A DNA stretch of 32,000 bases from Ktedonobacterales bacterium (GTDB taxonomy: Bacteria; Chloroflexota; Ktedonobacteria; Ktedonobacterales; JADMIN01): the NCBI GenBank assembly GCA_030167145.1, contig CP126532.1, positions 660,001-692,000 on the forward strand, given 5' to 3'. Position numbers and translations under genes: made by a program. Below are positions 1-8,434 of the stretch, in pieces. Position 1 is the stretch's first letter. Every line of letters begins with the position of its first letter. The notes under the pieces are model-generated. The model did not search any database. It saw only the letters and a list, made by a program, of their open reading frames with translations, and was not told the DNA's origin.

Positions 1-83
1 TCTGCCCTCAGTGCGGCAATAACACGCTGTACATGGAGGAAGGCTGCAAGAAGTGCGTCAGTTGTGGACATAGCGAGTGCTAA
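1..83 (+). CDS. nrdJ: 3' end (partial) of a class II B12-dependent ribonucleotide reductase-like gene; Cys-rich C-terminal tail
   Basis: Frame 3 reads CPQCGNNTLYMEEGCKKCVSCGHSEC and stops at TAA 81-83. The CxxC...C..C..C tail matches my recollection of NrdJ C-termini. Only 26 aa are visible. Confidence 0.5.
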   Translation, partial: CPQCGNNTLYMEEGCKKCVSCGHSEC

Positions 84-113
84 CGCATTCGCGTGATTGA
101 CGCCCAAAAGAAT

Positions 114-145
114 AGCGGGAGCAGATCGCTTGATCTGCTCCCGCT
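114..145. terminator. Bidirectional intrinsic terminator between convergent genes
   Basis: Perfect 14-bp stem agcgggagcagatc / gatctgctcccgct (114-127 / 132-145) with loop gctt. It is followed by atttcgt on + and preceded by aaaagaat (a T-run on -). It lies between the stop at 83 (+) and the stop at 183 (-). Confidence 0.7.
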
Positions 146-182
146 ATTTCGTATCCGTCAGTGGATATGAGCGAACTTTGCG

Positions 183-2333
183 CTACATGTGGACTATTCC
201 AAGCGCGACGAGCGCTCCGAAGACGATAACCAACGCCAGCACAACAAAGATCACTCCCATCATCACGGGATGGCTTCCATCCACCGAGACCGGCACTTGT
301 GGATCACCTGAGGAGGGTGTCGCTGGCACTGGTACATCTGGTGGAGTGCTGGGCGCTGGTGGGGTAGCACCCCCGACGGGGAAGGGATTGCCACTGGCTG
401 GCAGCGCCAACTGGCCGCCCTGCGCGAGACTGGAAAGCCGCTGCACGAAATCGTTGAATCCGTCGGCGCCAGAGTTGCCGGTAAGCTTCGTGTAGCATGT
501 CCCCAGGTTTGCGCCGCCTGCTGCGACGATCTGCTGCCAGCTATAGCCAAGCTGGCTATGCAGGTAGTAGAGGAACAGGCTGCCACAGGCGTTGGCGTCT
601 TGGTTGCGATCGTCGGCGTCGTTGCGATTGACATAGTCTGCATGACCGTTGGCCCACCACCCCTGAGCCGTATCAGAGGTAATAGAGGCAAGCTCAGAGT
701 GCAATTCGATGGCGAGCACGCGCGAGAGACCTTCACCATTGGTCTGCCCGCACTGCCAGCCATTGTTGATCGCCGCCTCGAAGATCTCGACCATTTCGGC
801 TACCATGAGGCCAGGAGCTTCTTGTGGTTGCGGATCAATGTAGATGTCAGTAGCATCGCAACCGAAGTGATAGGCTCCGCCTGCCTGTGGATCAACGAGT
901 ACCTGCATTGGCGTGGCTGTACGGGGCGTCGCCTGATCATCGCCTTCGTGCCCCGCTGGAAGATCTATGCCGCCGAACCATGCCCGCACTGCCGAATAGT
1001 CGGCTTCAGCCTTTGCCAGCACTGCCTGCGCTGACGCGGTGCCATTGGGGCTGCCGTCTGTGTAGACGATGAAGTGCTCGGTGCGACCGACCTCTGTCTC
1101 GCCGCGGAACTGCTGCCGGGTTGACGCGAGTTGCAAGTCTCTGCCTCGCACCCGCCCCTCTGAGCGCAAAATAAAGACATGCGCCTCTGGGCCTCTGCCT
1201 ACTTCTGCCAAATGCGTCTCCAACCTTTCTGTCTGCTCTGCTGGCCGTGTTGGCTCAGAGCCTGGGTGCTGAGTCGTCTCAGCGTGATTGCTGCCGCGAT
1301 ATGCGGCATACAACGTATCGAAATACTGCACATAGGCTGCCGCGAGCGTGGGCGATTCGATAGAGAGAAAATTCTCGTCGTTCGCTTCCGCATTCTCGGA
1401 AAAATTGTAGCTGCCAGTGAACACCAGGCGGTCATCTATGATGAAGACTTTGTTGTGCATGAAATCCTGCTCGCCCGCAGGGTGGTACGCATGGCTGGGA
1501 GCGGCGACAAAACGCGGATCATGCACGAACCAGAAGCGGTCTTCCCCCAGACGCGAATAGCGAAGCACATCTTGCATGCCGTGAGGGTCAAATACTCCAC
1601 GGATGTCGAGGCTCGGATCACCTGCGAAACGCGCCAGAGCGACGAGGATACCAGGATCGCTGATAAGGAAGGCGAGTATGCGTACACGCTTGGCCCGCTG
1701 AAGCGCGGCGACGATGCTATCTTCGATCTGCTCACCCGCCGCTGGAGCGAACGAAGGCGAGATAGCGGCCTCACCGGTAGCAAAAGCCGATATGCTGAGC
1801 GAAGATTTGGCTTCGTGACGGTGGTCGTGCTGGAGCAGATCTTCGAATGTATTCGTATAGGCGGCGGCCAGTTGCGGAGAACCGATAACAAGGCAGTTGT
1901 TATCTTGCAACTCTAGCCCACCAACAGTAAAGTTGGCCGAGCCAGTCCATACCGTTTGGCCATCGCGAATCAGGAATTTGTCGTGCATGAGATGACGGCC
2001 ATGCTCATGCACCGGCGTAGCGTACTGGCCAAGGCCCGCGGATTCGATGGCCTGCTGAGTTCCAGATGGCTTCGGGTCGCCGCTGAGGCCTCCAGTGCGC
2101 TCGTGGCCGCCATCGTAGACCAGACGCAGCCGCTTGCCAGAGGATACGACATGAGCCAGCGCTTCGAGGATACGAGGGTGGCGCAAATCATAGATGGCGC
2201 AGTCGAGTGTATGTTCTGTGGCCACGATGAATTCGGCGAGTTGGGCCACAAGATCGCCACTGACGTCGGCTCGTTTTGATTGAAAGTAGACGTGGAGATC
2301 GCCAGTAGAGAAGGTTGAGCTATCGCCTGCCAT
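183..2333 (-). CDS. Phospholipase D-family protein (two HKD motifs) fused to an unassigned central domain, a Pro-rich spacer and a C-terminal TM helix
   Basis: 716-aa ORF. HKD motif 1 is HLMHDKFLIRDGQTVWTGSANF and motif 2 is FMHNKVFIIDDRLVFTGSYNF. The spacer is GGATPPAPSTPPDVPVPATPSSGDP. The terminal hydrophobic segment is VMMGVIFVVLALVIVFGALVALGIV. The N-terminus is not signal-peptide-like. Confidence 0.85.
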   Translation of the reverse strand: MAGDSSTFSTGDLHVYFQSKRADVSGDLVAQLAEFIVATEHTLDCAIYDLRHPRILEALAHVVSSGKRLRLVYDGGHERTGGLSGDPKPSGTQQAIESAGLGQYATPVHEHGRHLMHDKFLIRDGQTVWTGSANFTVGGLELQDNNCLVIGSPQLAAAYTNTFEDLLQHDHRHEAKSSLSISAFATGEAAISPSFAPAAGEQIEDSIVAALQRAKRVRILAFLISDPGILVALARFAGDPSLDIRGVFDPHGMQDVLRYSRLGEDRFWFVHDPRFVAAPSHAYHPAGEQDFMHNKVFIIDDRLVFTGSYNFSENAEANDENFLSIESPTLAAAYVQYFDTLYAAYRGSNHAETTQHPGSEPTRPAEQTERLETHLAEVGRGPEAHVFILRSEGRVRGRDLQLASTRQQFRGETEVGRTEHFIVYTDGSPNGTASAQAVLAKAEADYSAVRAWFGGIDLPAGHEGDDQATPRTATPMQVLVDPQAGGAYHFGCDATDIYIDPQPQEAPGLMVAEMVEIFEAAINNGWQCGQTNGEGLSRVLAIELHSELASITSDTAQGWWANGHADYVNRNDADDRNQDANACGSLFLYYLHSQLGYSWQQIVAAGGANLGTCYTKLTGNSGADGFNDFVQRLSSLAQGGQLALPASGNPFPVGGATPPAPSTPPDVPVPATPSSGDPQVPVSVDGSHPVMMGVIFVVLALVIVFGALVALGIVHM

Positions 2334-2425
2334 GTATCCGCCTTTGCCCTTCTATGAGGGCGATGATACTCCAGTGGCAACTTCCCCACAGGAAGCCGTT
2401 ACGCCGTCTGGTAGAGGGTGGGGCG

Positions 2426-2434
2426 ATAGTATCA
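2426..2434 (-). promoter_or_regulatory. Putative extended -10 element TGATACTAT
   Basis: The minus strand reads tgatactat (TGnTAnnnT) about 93 nt upstream of the PLD start at 2333. Confidence 0.3.
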
Positions 2435-2561
2435 CGCGACCGCATGAGGTGTCAATGCTTCCGCGAAAGCTTTACAGAGTTCTTGACAATGGCTCGACAT
2501 TGGCTCGTGGCGCAGGCTGGTAGCAAGCCAGAATAGAGGCGCTTCACAAAGCGATGCGCCC

Positions 2562-3380
2562 CTACGCAGACGCGCCGCTCGCCTCTTTTGCCTGCGTCAG
2601 TATTGTGGCGCAATCGGGGAAGATGAGATCAGGGCGACGTTCGCCAGTGGCGGCTTCCGCTTGCTCAGCGGAGGTAAGACCGGTGAGTACGAGTGCGGTT
2701 GTGATACCTGCCGCATGGCCTGCCACAATGTCGAGGTCCAACCCATCGCCAACCATCAGGGTGTCTTCGGGGAGAGCGCCAAGCTGGCGCATCGCTTCAA
2801 GGACGATGCCAGGCGCGGGTTTACCAATGATTTCTGCTTGTTGGCCGCTGGCATATTCCAGGGCGGTGGCAATGGCGCCCGTGCCTGGCTCAAAGCCATC
2901 TTCGACTGGCAAGCGCGGGTCACGATTGACGGCATAGAATGCCGCGCCGCCCATGATAGCGCGTAGCGCACGGCGAAGGCGCTCATAGGTAAGTGTGCGG
3001 TCGAGCGCGGAAAGCACGACATCGGGGATCGGACCATCGGCATTGTCGCGCCAAACGACGCGTAAGCCAGCGGCCTCGGCCATGTGCTCCACTGATGGCA
3101 ACCCCAGCACAAACACCCGCGCGCCGGGGAACCGTTTGGCGATAGCGTGGCACGCGGCCCATCCCGCAGTCAGCACGCGTCCTTCGGGATGTGGCATGCC
3201 AAGCCGGGAGAGTTTTTCCGCAACCTCATCAGGGGTGGAAATGGAGTTGTTGGAGAGATAGAGCGCCTGGCGTCCAGTCGCGTCCAGCCATTCGACCAAC
3301 TCCCGTGCGCCAGGGAGCAATTGCTCGCCCCGATAGACGACGCCATCGAGATCAAGTAGATAGGATTGGAAATCTCGCAT
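2562..3380 (-). CDS. HAD-IIA family sugar-phosphatase-like hydrolase (NagD-like)
   Basis: Motif I is LLDLDGVVYRG, followed by YLSNNS, and the C-terminal motif is MVGDGLDLDIVAGHAAGI. I moved the start from the track's GTG at 3416 to ATG 3380 (MRDFQSYLLDLDG). This matches the family N-terminal length and leaves the 3416-3454 hairpin intergenic. Confidence 0.85.
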   Translation of the reverse strand: MRDFQSYLLDLDGVVYRGEQLLPGARELVEWLDATGRQALYLSNNSISTPDEVAEKLSRLGMPHPEGRVLTAGWAACHAIAKRFPGARVFVLGLPSVEHMAEAAGLRVVWRDNADGPIPDVVLSALDRTLTYERLRRALRAIMGGAAFYAVNRDPRLPVEDGFEPGTGAIATALEYASGQQAEIIGKPAPGIVLEAMRQLGALPEDTLMVGDGLDLDIVAGHAAGITTALVLTGLTSAEQAEAATGERRPDLIFPDCATILTQAKEASGASA

Positions 3381-3415
3381 GGATGTGAAAGGCCTTTGTC
3401 TACGTAGTATTAGCA

Positions 3416-3454
3416 CCTCATTACTGGACGGTAGGATACCCGGCAGTAATGAGG
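3416..3454. terminator. Stem-loop downstream of dnaA (possible terminator; no U-tract)
   Basis: Perfect 11-bp stem cctcattactg / cagtaatgagg (3416-3426 / 3444-3454) with a 17-nt loop, 44 nt past the dnaA stop. No T-run follows on the minus strand. Confidence 0.4.
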
Positions 3455-3497
3455 GATTCCGCTCACATTATGCGGTTTGTGGGCAGCGCTCGTGATG

Positions 3498-5345
3498 CTA
3501 TCCGAGAAGTTGCTGGCGGATGGCGAGCACTTCTTTGCGCAGGGTAGTATTGTCGTTGATCTCGCGGCCAATCTTTTCGCAGCCATGGAGTACCGTGCTG
3601 TGGTCGCGTCCGCCGAGCGCCTGGCCGATTTCGAGTAACGACGCTTCGGTCTCCTGACGCATGAGGTACATTGCGACCTGACGGGGCACGACGATGTGCT
3701 TGTCGCGTTGCTTTCCGCAAAGGTCTTCGGGAGAGATGCGGTAATATTCGGCGACCGCATCTAGAATCTCAGCGATAGTCACACGTCGCTGGCGTCCATC
3801 ATTCGAAAGATTGGCGAGGGCAGCCTTGGCGGTTTCGGCGGTCAACGGAAGACCCTGAAGCTGGACGAACGCCAGAAGACGATTCAGGCTGCCTTCCAGC
3901 TCGCGGATGTTGCTCTGCACGCGACTGGCGAGGAATGAGATCACATCGTCCGGCACACGACGGCCCATCATCTCAGACTTGGCCCGCAAGATAGCCACGC
4001 GGGTTTCGAGGTCTGGTGGCTGAATGTCGGCGATCAGGCCCCACTCAAAACGGGAACGCAGGCGCTCCTCCAGGCTCACGATAGCCTTGGGCGGACGATC
4101 ACTACAGATGACAATCTGCTTGCTCGTCTCGTACAGGCTATTGAAGGTGTGGAAAAACTCTTCTTCGGTAGACTCTTTTCCGGCGATGAATTGGATGTCA
4201 TCCACCAGCAGCACATCCACCGAACGATACTTCGCGCGGAACTCTTCAGTTGTGCGATAGCGAATGGCGTTGATGATCTCGTTGGTGAAGGTCTCCGACG
4301 AGACATAGAGCACCACAAGCTCGCGCTCCATCGTCGAGTGGCCGATGGCATGCAGCAGATGCGTTTTACCAAGTCCGACGCCGCCGTAGAGGAAAAGCGG
4401 ATTGTACGCTTGCCCCGGCGCTTCGGCAACTGCTTGCGACGCGGCATGTGCGAGTTGGTTACCGCTGCCAACGATGAATGTCGAGAAGGTGTAGCGCGGA
4501 TTCAATTTGGGCCGGGCGATTTGTGTGCTCGCGGAAGAAGCATCATACGGTGTACGATCCGGTTGCAATGGCACGTGTACAATTGCCGGTAGCTCGTCGC
4601 CCTTGTGCTGGCGCTGCCTGCTCATGGATGTCGCTCCCTTCATCGTGCCATCATCGTGCGCGGGAACATTATTCCATATGTTGCCAGTCTCATGCGCTGG
4701 GGAGTTATCGTCGCGGTCGTCAGAATCGTCGGAACCCGCAAATATCGCTTCGGTGGGACGACGCAGATTCGTCCGCCTGCGTGCGGAAATGGGAATCGGT
4801 CGTCGCATCTTCTGGACATCAGCGCTGCGTCTCGCGGAATGCAGATGCCCTTCTGAGGCGTCTGCGTCGCCACGGGTAACAGTCGCCTCATCCGCCTCAA
4901 TGCTGAACAATGTGGGTGTAGGTTCAATAGATGCGGCGGCGGCAGCGCTGGTGCGACCGCGCGCACCGGCGCCACGCTCCATTCGCGTATGCACGGCGGC
5001 AGGTATATCAACATCACCGGCATCAACACGCTCAGCATTTCTCTCGGCATCACGCTCATCGTCAGCGGCCACAACGATGCGTAGAGTGGAACGTTGTCCC
5101 GTGACTTCATTGATCGCGGCTTCGATACGGTCGCGGAAGCGCGTTTCGAGCAGCTCCTTAGCGAACGTTGTACGCACACAAAGACTGGAGATGCCGTTGG
5201 CATCAAGGGTAAGCCAGGTGCCTCGCAGCCAGGTATCATATTGGGCACGAGTCATCTGCTGGCGAAGGCGCTCTTGCGCGGCGCGCCAGACGTGTGCGGT
5301 ATTCACAATTCTCGCCCTGCTTACCAAAATAGTGCCGACTACCAT
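3498..5345 (-). CDS. dnaA: Chromosomal replication initiator protein DnaA
   Basis: Domain I reads [22 protein letters not shown]. The AAA+ Walker A is [17 protein letters not shown] and Walker B is LLVDDIQF. Domain IV reads [51 protein letters not shown]. The true start may be GTG at 5306 (VNTAHVW...). Confidence 0.95.
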   Translation of the reverse strand: MVVGTILVSRARIVNTAHVWRAAQERLRQQMTRAQYDTWLRGTWLTLDANGISSLCVRTTFAKELLETRFRDRIEAAINEVTGQRSTLRIVVAADDERDAERNAERVDAGDVDIPAAVHTRMERGAGARGRTSAAAAASIEPTPTLFSIEADEATVTRGDADASEGHLHSARRSADVQKMRRPIPISARRRTNLRRPTEAIFAGSDDSDDRDDNSPAHETGNIWNNVPAHDDGTMKGATSMSRQRQHKGDELPAIVHVPLQPDRTPYDASSASTQIARPKLNPRYTFSTFIVGSGNQLAHAASQAVAEAPGQAYNPLFLYGGVGLGKTHLLHAIGHSTMERELVVLYVSSETFTNEIINAIRYRTTEEFRAKYRSVDVLLVDDIQFIAGKESTEEEFFHTFNSLYETSKQIVICSDRPPKAIVSLEERLRSRFEWGLIADIQPPDLETRVAILRAKSEMMGRRVPDDVISFLASRVQSNIRELEGSLNRLLAFVQLQGLPLTAETAKAALANLSNDGRQRRVTIAEILDAVAEYYRISPEDLCGKQRDKHIVVPRQVAMYLMRQETEASLLEIGQALGGRDHSTVLHGCEKIGREINDNTTLRKEVLAIRQQLLG

Positions 5346-5372
5346 CCTCGAACCCGCGTGGCGGTGAGAGGA

Positions 5373-5381
5373 ATATTATCA
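5373..5381 (-). promoter_or_regulatory. Putative extended -10 element TGATAATAT upstream of dnaA
   Basis: The minus strand reads tgataatat, 28 nt upstream of ATG 5345 and 67 nt upstream of the alternative GTG 5306. Confidence 0.35.
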
Positions 5382-5501
5382 GACGTGCGCGAGCCATCGC
5401 AAGCGGACCGTCTATCTGGCTAGTGCGGTTGGGCGGCGGGTTGACACGCACAGGTACGCGCCTCAGCACCTCGTCGCGCAAGATACCGTGCCATATTGTG
5501 G

Positions 5502-5891
5502 CTACACGCCTGCACGCAACGCGATCACTTCGATCTCCACAAGCGCGGACTTGGGAAGCTCGGCCACGGCAACAGTGGAACGCGCTGGCTGCGGCGCTGG
5601 GAAAAACTCCGCGTAGACCTCGTTCATCGCCGTGAAATTGGCCATCGTAGTGAGGAAAACAGTGGTCTTCAGCACCTGTGCCGGTGAACTGCCAGCCGCA
5701 TCGAGCACTGCGGCAACATTTTGCAGTGCGCGACGTGTTTGTTCGCGAACATCCTCGCCGACGAGTTGCCCGGTATCCGGATCCAGTGCAATCTGGCCTG
5801 AAGCAAAGACCATGTTATCAGTCATGATGGCCTGACTGTATGGACCAATCGCCGCAGGCGCTGATGTTGTGCTGACTCGTTCTCGCTGCAT
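5502..5891 (-). CDS. ridA: RidA/YjgF/TdcF family reactive-intermediate deaminase
   Basis: 129 aa with APAAIGPYSQAI, VFASGQIALDP, KTTVFL, PARSTVAVAELP and VEIEVIA, which are typical family motifs. Confidence 0.9.
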   Translation of the reverse strand: MQRERVSTTSAPAAIGPYSQAIMTDNMVFASGQIALDPDTGQLVGEDVREQTRRALQNVAAVLDAAGSSPAQVLKTTVFLTTMANFTAMNEVYAEFFPAPQPARSTVAVAELPKSALVEIEVIALRAGV

Positions 5892-6067
5892 GGGAGACCC
5901 ACTGCCTTTCCGCTAGTTGCCACAGAGATTGTACTTGCCAGTATACCGTGTCGCTGGGCCTACGCGGTAGGTTGCAGCCAAGCGTCTCATAGTGTGCGCT
6001 GGCAAAAGTGTTGGCAAACAAGGATGAAGCACATCCAGAGACACGCCTCGACACCTGTTTGGAACGT

Positions 6068-6097
6068 TTGACCTTATTACGACGGGAGTGATAGAGT
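6068..6097 (+). promoter_or_regulatory. Putative sigma70-type promoter TTGACC-N18-(TG)A-TAGAGT
   Basis: ttgacc is at 6068-6073, followed by an 18-nt spacer, then tgatagagt at 6089-6097. This is about 45 nt upstream of the GTG at 6142. Confidence 0.4.
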
Positions 6098-6141
6098 AGT
6101 GGGAAGGAAACAGCGCCATAGCGGCAAATGGAGGTGGTTCC

Positions 6142-6630
6142 GTGGAGAGCGATGCACGCGGATGGTTTGAGCGAGAAGGATTGCTTCGCTACTCCGCGTT
6201 TGGTGATGGAACGAATGATGTTGTCGAAGACGAGCGCATGCCGCTGACAGCGCTTGGTCCGCACGATGACGACTTCGTGCTTGCGCCGAATCCAGATCAC
6301 ACCGATTATCCAGGCAAGCCCATGCGCGAGATGAGCATGGAGGAATACAACACCTTCATGTATCGCTGGTTCGAAGCGGCGGTGCATGCGGGTGACATAC
6401 GCTGTGTGAACTGCGGAAAGCTCATCCGTGATGACGACGACTTACCTGATGCCGACACATGGGATGCGATATTCATCGAAAAAGAGCTAGTTGCCTGGAT
6501 GGTCGTCCACTTCGATTGCAAGAAGCAGCTTCCAAAGAAACTGAAAGGAATGCACCCTTTTGAACTGAATCCACGTGATCCTCCTGTATACGATCTGTCT
6601 CGTGCCGATGTCCCGATAGAAAGCGACTGA
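6142..6630 (+). CDS. Hypothetical acidic protein with a CxxC...HxxC putative zinc-ribbon
   Basis: The GTG start follows RBS ggaggtg (6131-6137). The frame looks coding, with an acidic composition. It contains CVNCGKLIR ... HFDC. I do not recognise a family. Confidence 0.55.
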   Translation: MESDARGWFEREGLLRYSAFGDGTNDVVEDERMPLTALGPHDDDFVLAPNPDHTDYPGKPMREMSMEEYNTFMYRWFEAAVHAGDIRCVNCGKLIRDDDDLPDADTWDAIFIEKELVAWMVVHFDCKKQLPKKLKGMHPFELNPRDPPVYDLSRADVPIESD

Positions 6631-6675
6631 CCAGTAGCACAAATGAGCCAGGTGAAGCAATCGGAAAGGCGGAAC

Positions 6676-6684
6676 TGTGGATAA
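6676..6684. promoter_or_regulatory. Perfect DnaA-box consensus (TGTGGATAA / TTATCCACA)
   Basis: Exact 9-mer overlapping the polX GTG start codon (6677). Confidence 0.25.
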
Positions 6685-8422
6685 GGCATACGTTGCCTCC
6701 GTCATGGAGGATGTGGCGAACTTGCTCGAACTGACGGGCGGCAATCCATTCGAGGTGCGCGCGTACCAGAACGGCGCGCGCGCAGTGGGCGCGCTGGAAG
6801 GCGACATCGAGGATCTGGTACATGCGGGTAAGCTGGACACCGTGCCAGGCCTGGGCAAAACCCTGATCGCACGGGTGACAGAATTGGTCACGACAGGGCA
6901 TATGGAGCTGCATGAGAAGCTGCTGTCCGAGGTACCCGCTGGACTGCGCGAGATGCTGCGCATCCCAGGGTTGGGGCCGAAGCGTATACGACAGATCTAC
7001 GAATCGCTGCATATCGCCACGCTCGACGATCTGCGTGCTGCCTGCGAAAGTGGGCAGATTGCGGCGCTACCTGGCTTTGGCGCGAAGAGCCAGGAGAAAA
7101 TTCTCAACGGCATCGCTTTCGTTGCCGAGCATTCCAGCAAATTTCGCTTTGATGTAGCGGAGGGCAGCGCCGAGGCGGTGGCGCAAGCGCTGCGGGCGCT
7201 GCCACAAGTGGTGCGGATCAGCATTGCGGGGAGTATCCGGCGGCACAAAGAGATTGTGAAAGACGCGGATGTGGTGGTGAGCGTTGCCGTCGACGCGGAT
7301 CGTATGCCAATCATGGATACACTCGTCTCATTGCCGGAGGTGGCATCGGTGACAGGCAAGGGCGAGACGAAGGCCAGTGTCATTTTGCGTAGTGGCATGG
7401 CTCTAGACCTGCGTGTCGTCAGTGATGAGGAGTATCCATTTGCTCTGCATCACTTCACCGGCTCGAAGGAGCATAACGTCGCTCTGCGGGGACGGGCGCA
7501 TGCTGAGGGCATCAAGATCAATGAGTATGGCATTTTCCGTGGGGATGAACTGATTCCATGCAAAGATGAGGTGGAGATTTACCGGGCTTTGGGCATGGCA
7601 TACGTCGAGCCAGAGTTGCGCGAGGAACGTGGGGAGATTGAGGCGGCACGAGCGGGTGAGTTGCCAACCCTGGTGACAGAAGCGGACATTCGAGGCATCT
7701 TGCACGTGCACAGCACATGGAGCGACGGGAAGGTTTCGATTCGCGAGATGGCTGAGGCAACACTTGCCCTTGGAAAGTCCTATCTGGGCATCTGCGACCA
7801 CAGCAAATATGCCGCTTACGCCGGAGGGCTGAACGCGGAAGCGGTGGCCCGTCAGCATGACGAGATTGACCAGTTGAACCAGGAGTTTTCTGGACGGCTG
7901 CGTATTCTCAAGGGTACGGAATGTGATATTCTCAAAGATGGCTCGCTGGATTATGAAGCGGATACACTGGCGACATTTGACTTTGTGATCGCATCCATCC
8001 ACAGCCAGTTCCAGCTTCCGCCAGAGGAACAAACGCACCGCCTAATACGCGCCATCGAAAATCCCTACTGCTCGATTCTCGGCCACCCGACGGGACGCAT
8101 ATTGTTGGAGCGCGAGGGCTACGGGCCTGACCTGGAGGCGGTGATTGACCGCGCAGGCGAACTCGGCGTCGCTATTGAGTTAAACGGCGACCCGCATCGC
8201 TTCGACCTGGACTGGCGTCTGCACCGCTATGCAACTGAGCGCGGCGTCCGCATACCCATTACCCCCGATGCGCATAGCCCCACTGGACTAGAGAACATGC
8301 GCTACGGCGTCGGAATCGCCCGCAAAGGCTGGCTGACTCCGAAAGACGTCCTGAATACGATGCCCGTGGATGATGTGCTGGCCTTCTTTCACGAGCAGCG
8401 CAAGCGACGCGGGGTGGCGTAG
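6677..8422 (+). CDS. polX: DNA polymerase X family protein (Pol-beta-like core plus C-terminal PHP domain)
   Basis: The N-terminus has HhH motifs (LLELTGGNPFEVRAYQNGARAV, IPGLGPKRI). The nucleotidyltransferase motif is AGSIRRHKEIVKDADVVV and the PHP motif is ILHVHSTWSDG. RBS gaaagg lies 7 nt upstream of the GTG. Confidence 0.9.
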   Translation: MDKAYVASVMEDVANLLELTGGNPFEVRAYQNGARAVGALEGDIEDLVHAGKLDTVPGLGKTLIARVTELVTTGHMELHEKLLSEVPAGLREMLRIPGLGPKRIRQIYESLHIATLDDLRAACESGQIAALPGFGAKSQEKILNGIAFVAEHSSKFRFDVAEGSAEAVAQALRALPQVVRISIAGSIRRHKEIVKDADVVVSVAVDADRMPIMDTLVSLPEVASVTGKGETKASVILRSGMALDLRVVSDEEYPFALHHFTGSKEHNVALRGRAHAEGIKINEYGIFRGDELIPCKDEVEIYRALGMAYVEPELREERGEIEAARAGELPTLVTEADIRGILHVHSTWSDGKVSIREMAEATLALGKSYLGICDHSKYAAYAGGLNAEAVARQHDEIDQLNQEFSGRLRILKGTECDILKDGSLDYEADTLATFDFVIASIHSQFQLPPEEQTHRLIRAIENPYCSILGHPTGRILLEREGYGPDLEAVIDRAGELGVAIELNGDPHRFDLDWRLHRYATERGVRIPITPDAHSPTGLENMRYGVGIARKGWLTPKDVLNTMPVDDVLAFFHEQRKRRGVA

Positions 8423-8434
8423 CGTATCGGCGTC

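Noticed and set aside
183-290. The C-terminus of the PLD fusion as a sortase, exosortase or archaeosortase-type sorting signal.
   Set aside because: There is no LPXTG, PEP, PGF or GlyGly motif before the helix, no basic tail after it, and no N-terminal signal peptide. I kept it only as an open topology question.
4507-5367. A 286-aa ORF on the plus strand. Similar long ORFs lie at 1179-1916 (+), 7403-8038 (-), 12606-13313 (+), 17875-18600 (-), 20411-21265 (-), 23824-24678 (-) and 25676-26392 (-).
   Set aside because: Each lies antisense to, or in an alternate frame of, a gene with unambiguous family motifs (dnaA, PLD, polX, ALDH, GH1, accC, DUF2079, comF/antiporter). Their products are Arg/Pro/Ala/Ser-rich with no recognisable motifs. 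These are shadow ORFs expected in GC-rich DNA.
5346-6141. Possible oriC in the non-coding DNA flanking dnaA and ridA.
   Set aside because: There is no cluster of DnaA boxes, with best matches only 6-7 of 9, and I saw no obvious AT-rich unwinding element. The two perfect boxes in the window are isolated and lie inside gene starts elsewhere.
5818-6387. A 189-aa minus-strand ORF, and 6306-6689 (-), overlapping the ridA upstream region and the 6142-6630 call.
   Set aside because: It would have to start inside the opposite-strand gene and read through the ridA promoter region and into ridA. There are no motifs and no RBS. The plus-strand ORF has promoter and RBS support.
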